A DNA stretch of 64,000 bases from Felis catus (lineage: Eukaryota). Every line of letters starts with the position of its first letter. Positions within the stretch are counted from its first letter, which is position 1. Positions 62,979 to 64,000 of this stretch are shown in pieces. The notes beneath the pieces are model-generated. The model saw nothing but the letters and a program-made list of their open reading frames with translations, did not search any database and was not told the DNA's origin. The stretch lies in NCBI RefSeq assembly GCF_018350175.1, contig NC_058368.1:31622001-31686000 (forward strand), read 5' to 3'. Made by a program: the position numbers and the translations under genes.

Positions 62979-63170
62979 TGTTGGAAACTTTTAAATATTT
63001 GAGGAACAACTTTAACATTTGAATCTACTTTGTCACTGTCGATTTTATGATATCTAAATACATATAAAGTATTTCCAATGAAAATTTCATGTACTAATTA
63101 AGTTGTGTTATAAGTGTAAAATGTACAGTTAGTACAGTACTAATTATTTATTGGCTCATTAATAATTTTT

Positions 63171-63395
63171 AAAAAATTTTTAATGTTTATTTATTCTTGA
63201 GAGAGAGAGAGAGAGAACCAGAGCATGAACGGGGGAGGGACAGAGAGAGAGAAAGAGGGAGACACAGGATCCAAAGCAGACTCCAGGCTCCCAGCTGTCA
63301 GCCCAGAGCCTGATGCGGGGCTTGAACCCACAGCTGTGAGATCATGACCTGAGACGAAGTCAGATGCTTAACTGACTGAGTCACCCAGGCACCCC
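63171..63395 (-). mobile_element. Can-SINE (first of a tandem pair)
   Basis: Reverse SINE between tcattaataattttt copies at 63156-63170 and 63396-63410. Confidence 0.95.
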
Positions 63396-63410
63396 TCATT
63401 AATAATTTTT

Positions 63411-63599
63411 TTAAAGGTTGTTTATTTTTGAGAGAAAGAAAGAGAGCAGGGCAGGGGCAGCAAGAAAGGGAGACAGAGGGTCTGAAGCAGGCTCTGTGCT
63501 GACAACAGAGAGCCTGACACACGGGTCTGGAACTCATGAACTGTGAGATCATCACCTGAGCCAAAGTTGACTCAACTGACTGAGCCACTCAGGCACCCC
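63411..63599 (-). mobile_element. Can-SINE (second of a tandem pair)
   Basis: Reverse SINE between tcattaataattttt copies at 63396-63410 and 63600-63614. Confidence 0.95.
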
Positions 63600-64000
63600 T
63601 CATTAATAATTTTTATATTGGTTACATTTTTTACTGATTACATGTTGACAATATCTTAGCTATATTGGATTAAATATAGTGTTATTAAAATTATTTTTTT
63701 CTGGTTTCTCTGTTTAATGTGGCTTCTAGGATAGTTAAAATTATATGTGACTCACATTATAGTTATGTTGGATAGCACTGGCATAGGGTTATCACCATCC
63801 TTTCCGTAGATACTCATTATCTTAACAAACTATGGTGGAGTTCATGAAGGGAAGGGTGGTTTCTCCAAGACAGAATTATCTTCAGAGGGTACTAATTCAG
63901 GGCACTATTCTGTGTTAAACTATTCAGTAAAATGGAAACATGAAAAAAAGCAATTCATGTAATTTCATGTATATAAAATAGTGTCATATAATTAACATAA

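Larger units (their letters stand above)
62285..63780. mobile_element. Charlie1/MER3-like hAT DNA transposon remnant hosting an L1, a U6 retrocopy and two SINEs
   Basis: agtactgtccag..gtagtcattagccacatgtg..gatgtagctaatgtgactga at the left end; aatgtggcttctagga..aaaattatatgtgactcacatta..ttggatagcactg at the right end (inverted-terminus-like). Confidence 0.72.

Noticed and set aside
534..63588. Most ORFs in the supplied six-frame track
   Set aside because: Short, often non-ATG, low-complexity, or translations of SINEs (MAQxVKHPT..., PGACFRFCVSLSL...), L1 UTRs and microsatellites. None resembles a host protein I recognise.
1..64000. tRNA genes, CRISPR arrays or prokaryote-type systems
   Set aside because: tRNA-like A/B boxes all belong to SINE heads, there is no repeat-spacer array, and the DNA is clearly mammalian.

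Overview
Mammalian, AT-rich, CpG-depleted genomic DNA, almost certainly felid because it carries about 25 tRNA-derived Can-SINEs of the SINEC_Fc type. I recognise no intact host protein-coding gene, rRNA or tRNA gene, CpG island or CRISPR. The window looks like a long intron or gene desert built from layered transposable elements. These include three decayed ERV-L (class III) proviral remnants (1-2094, 5700-6860, ~33480-34540), one decayed class I (gamma-like) provirus on the minus strand (36748-~41455) with 3' LTR, PPT, env, integrase, RNase H and protease but no RT, gag or 5' LTR, three solo LTRs, MaLR (MLT1) LTRs, L1 and L2 fragments, MIRs, Charlie/MER33 DNA transposons and microsatellites. 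The clearest curiosities are mechanistic retrotransposition footprints: a 30-nt tailless U6 snRNA retrocopy with a perfect 15-bp TSD (62949-62978), two SINEs inserted serially into one target site (three TSD copies), a young SINE with no poly(A) tail, and an RT-deleting junction that leaves an open protease-RNase H fusion frame. I found no convincing new biological system. Repeat family names are recalled from memory of consensus sequences, not from a database search, and boundaries of old repeats are approximate.
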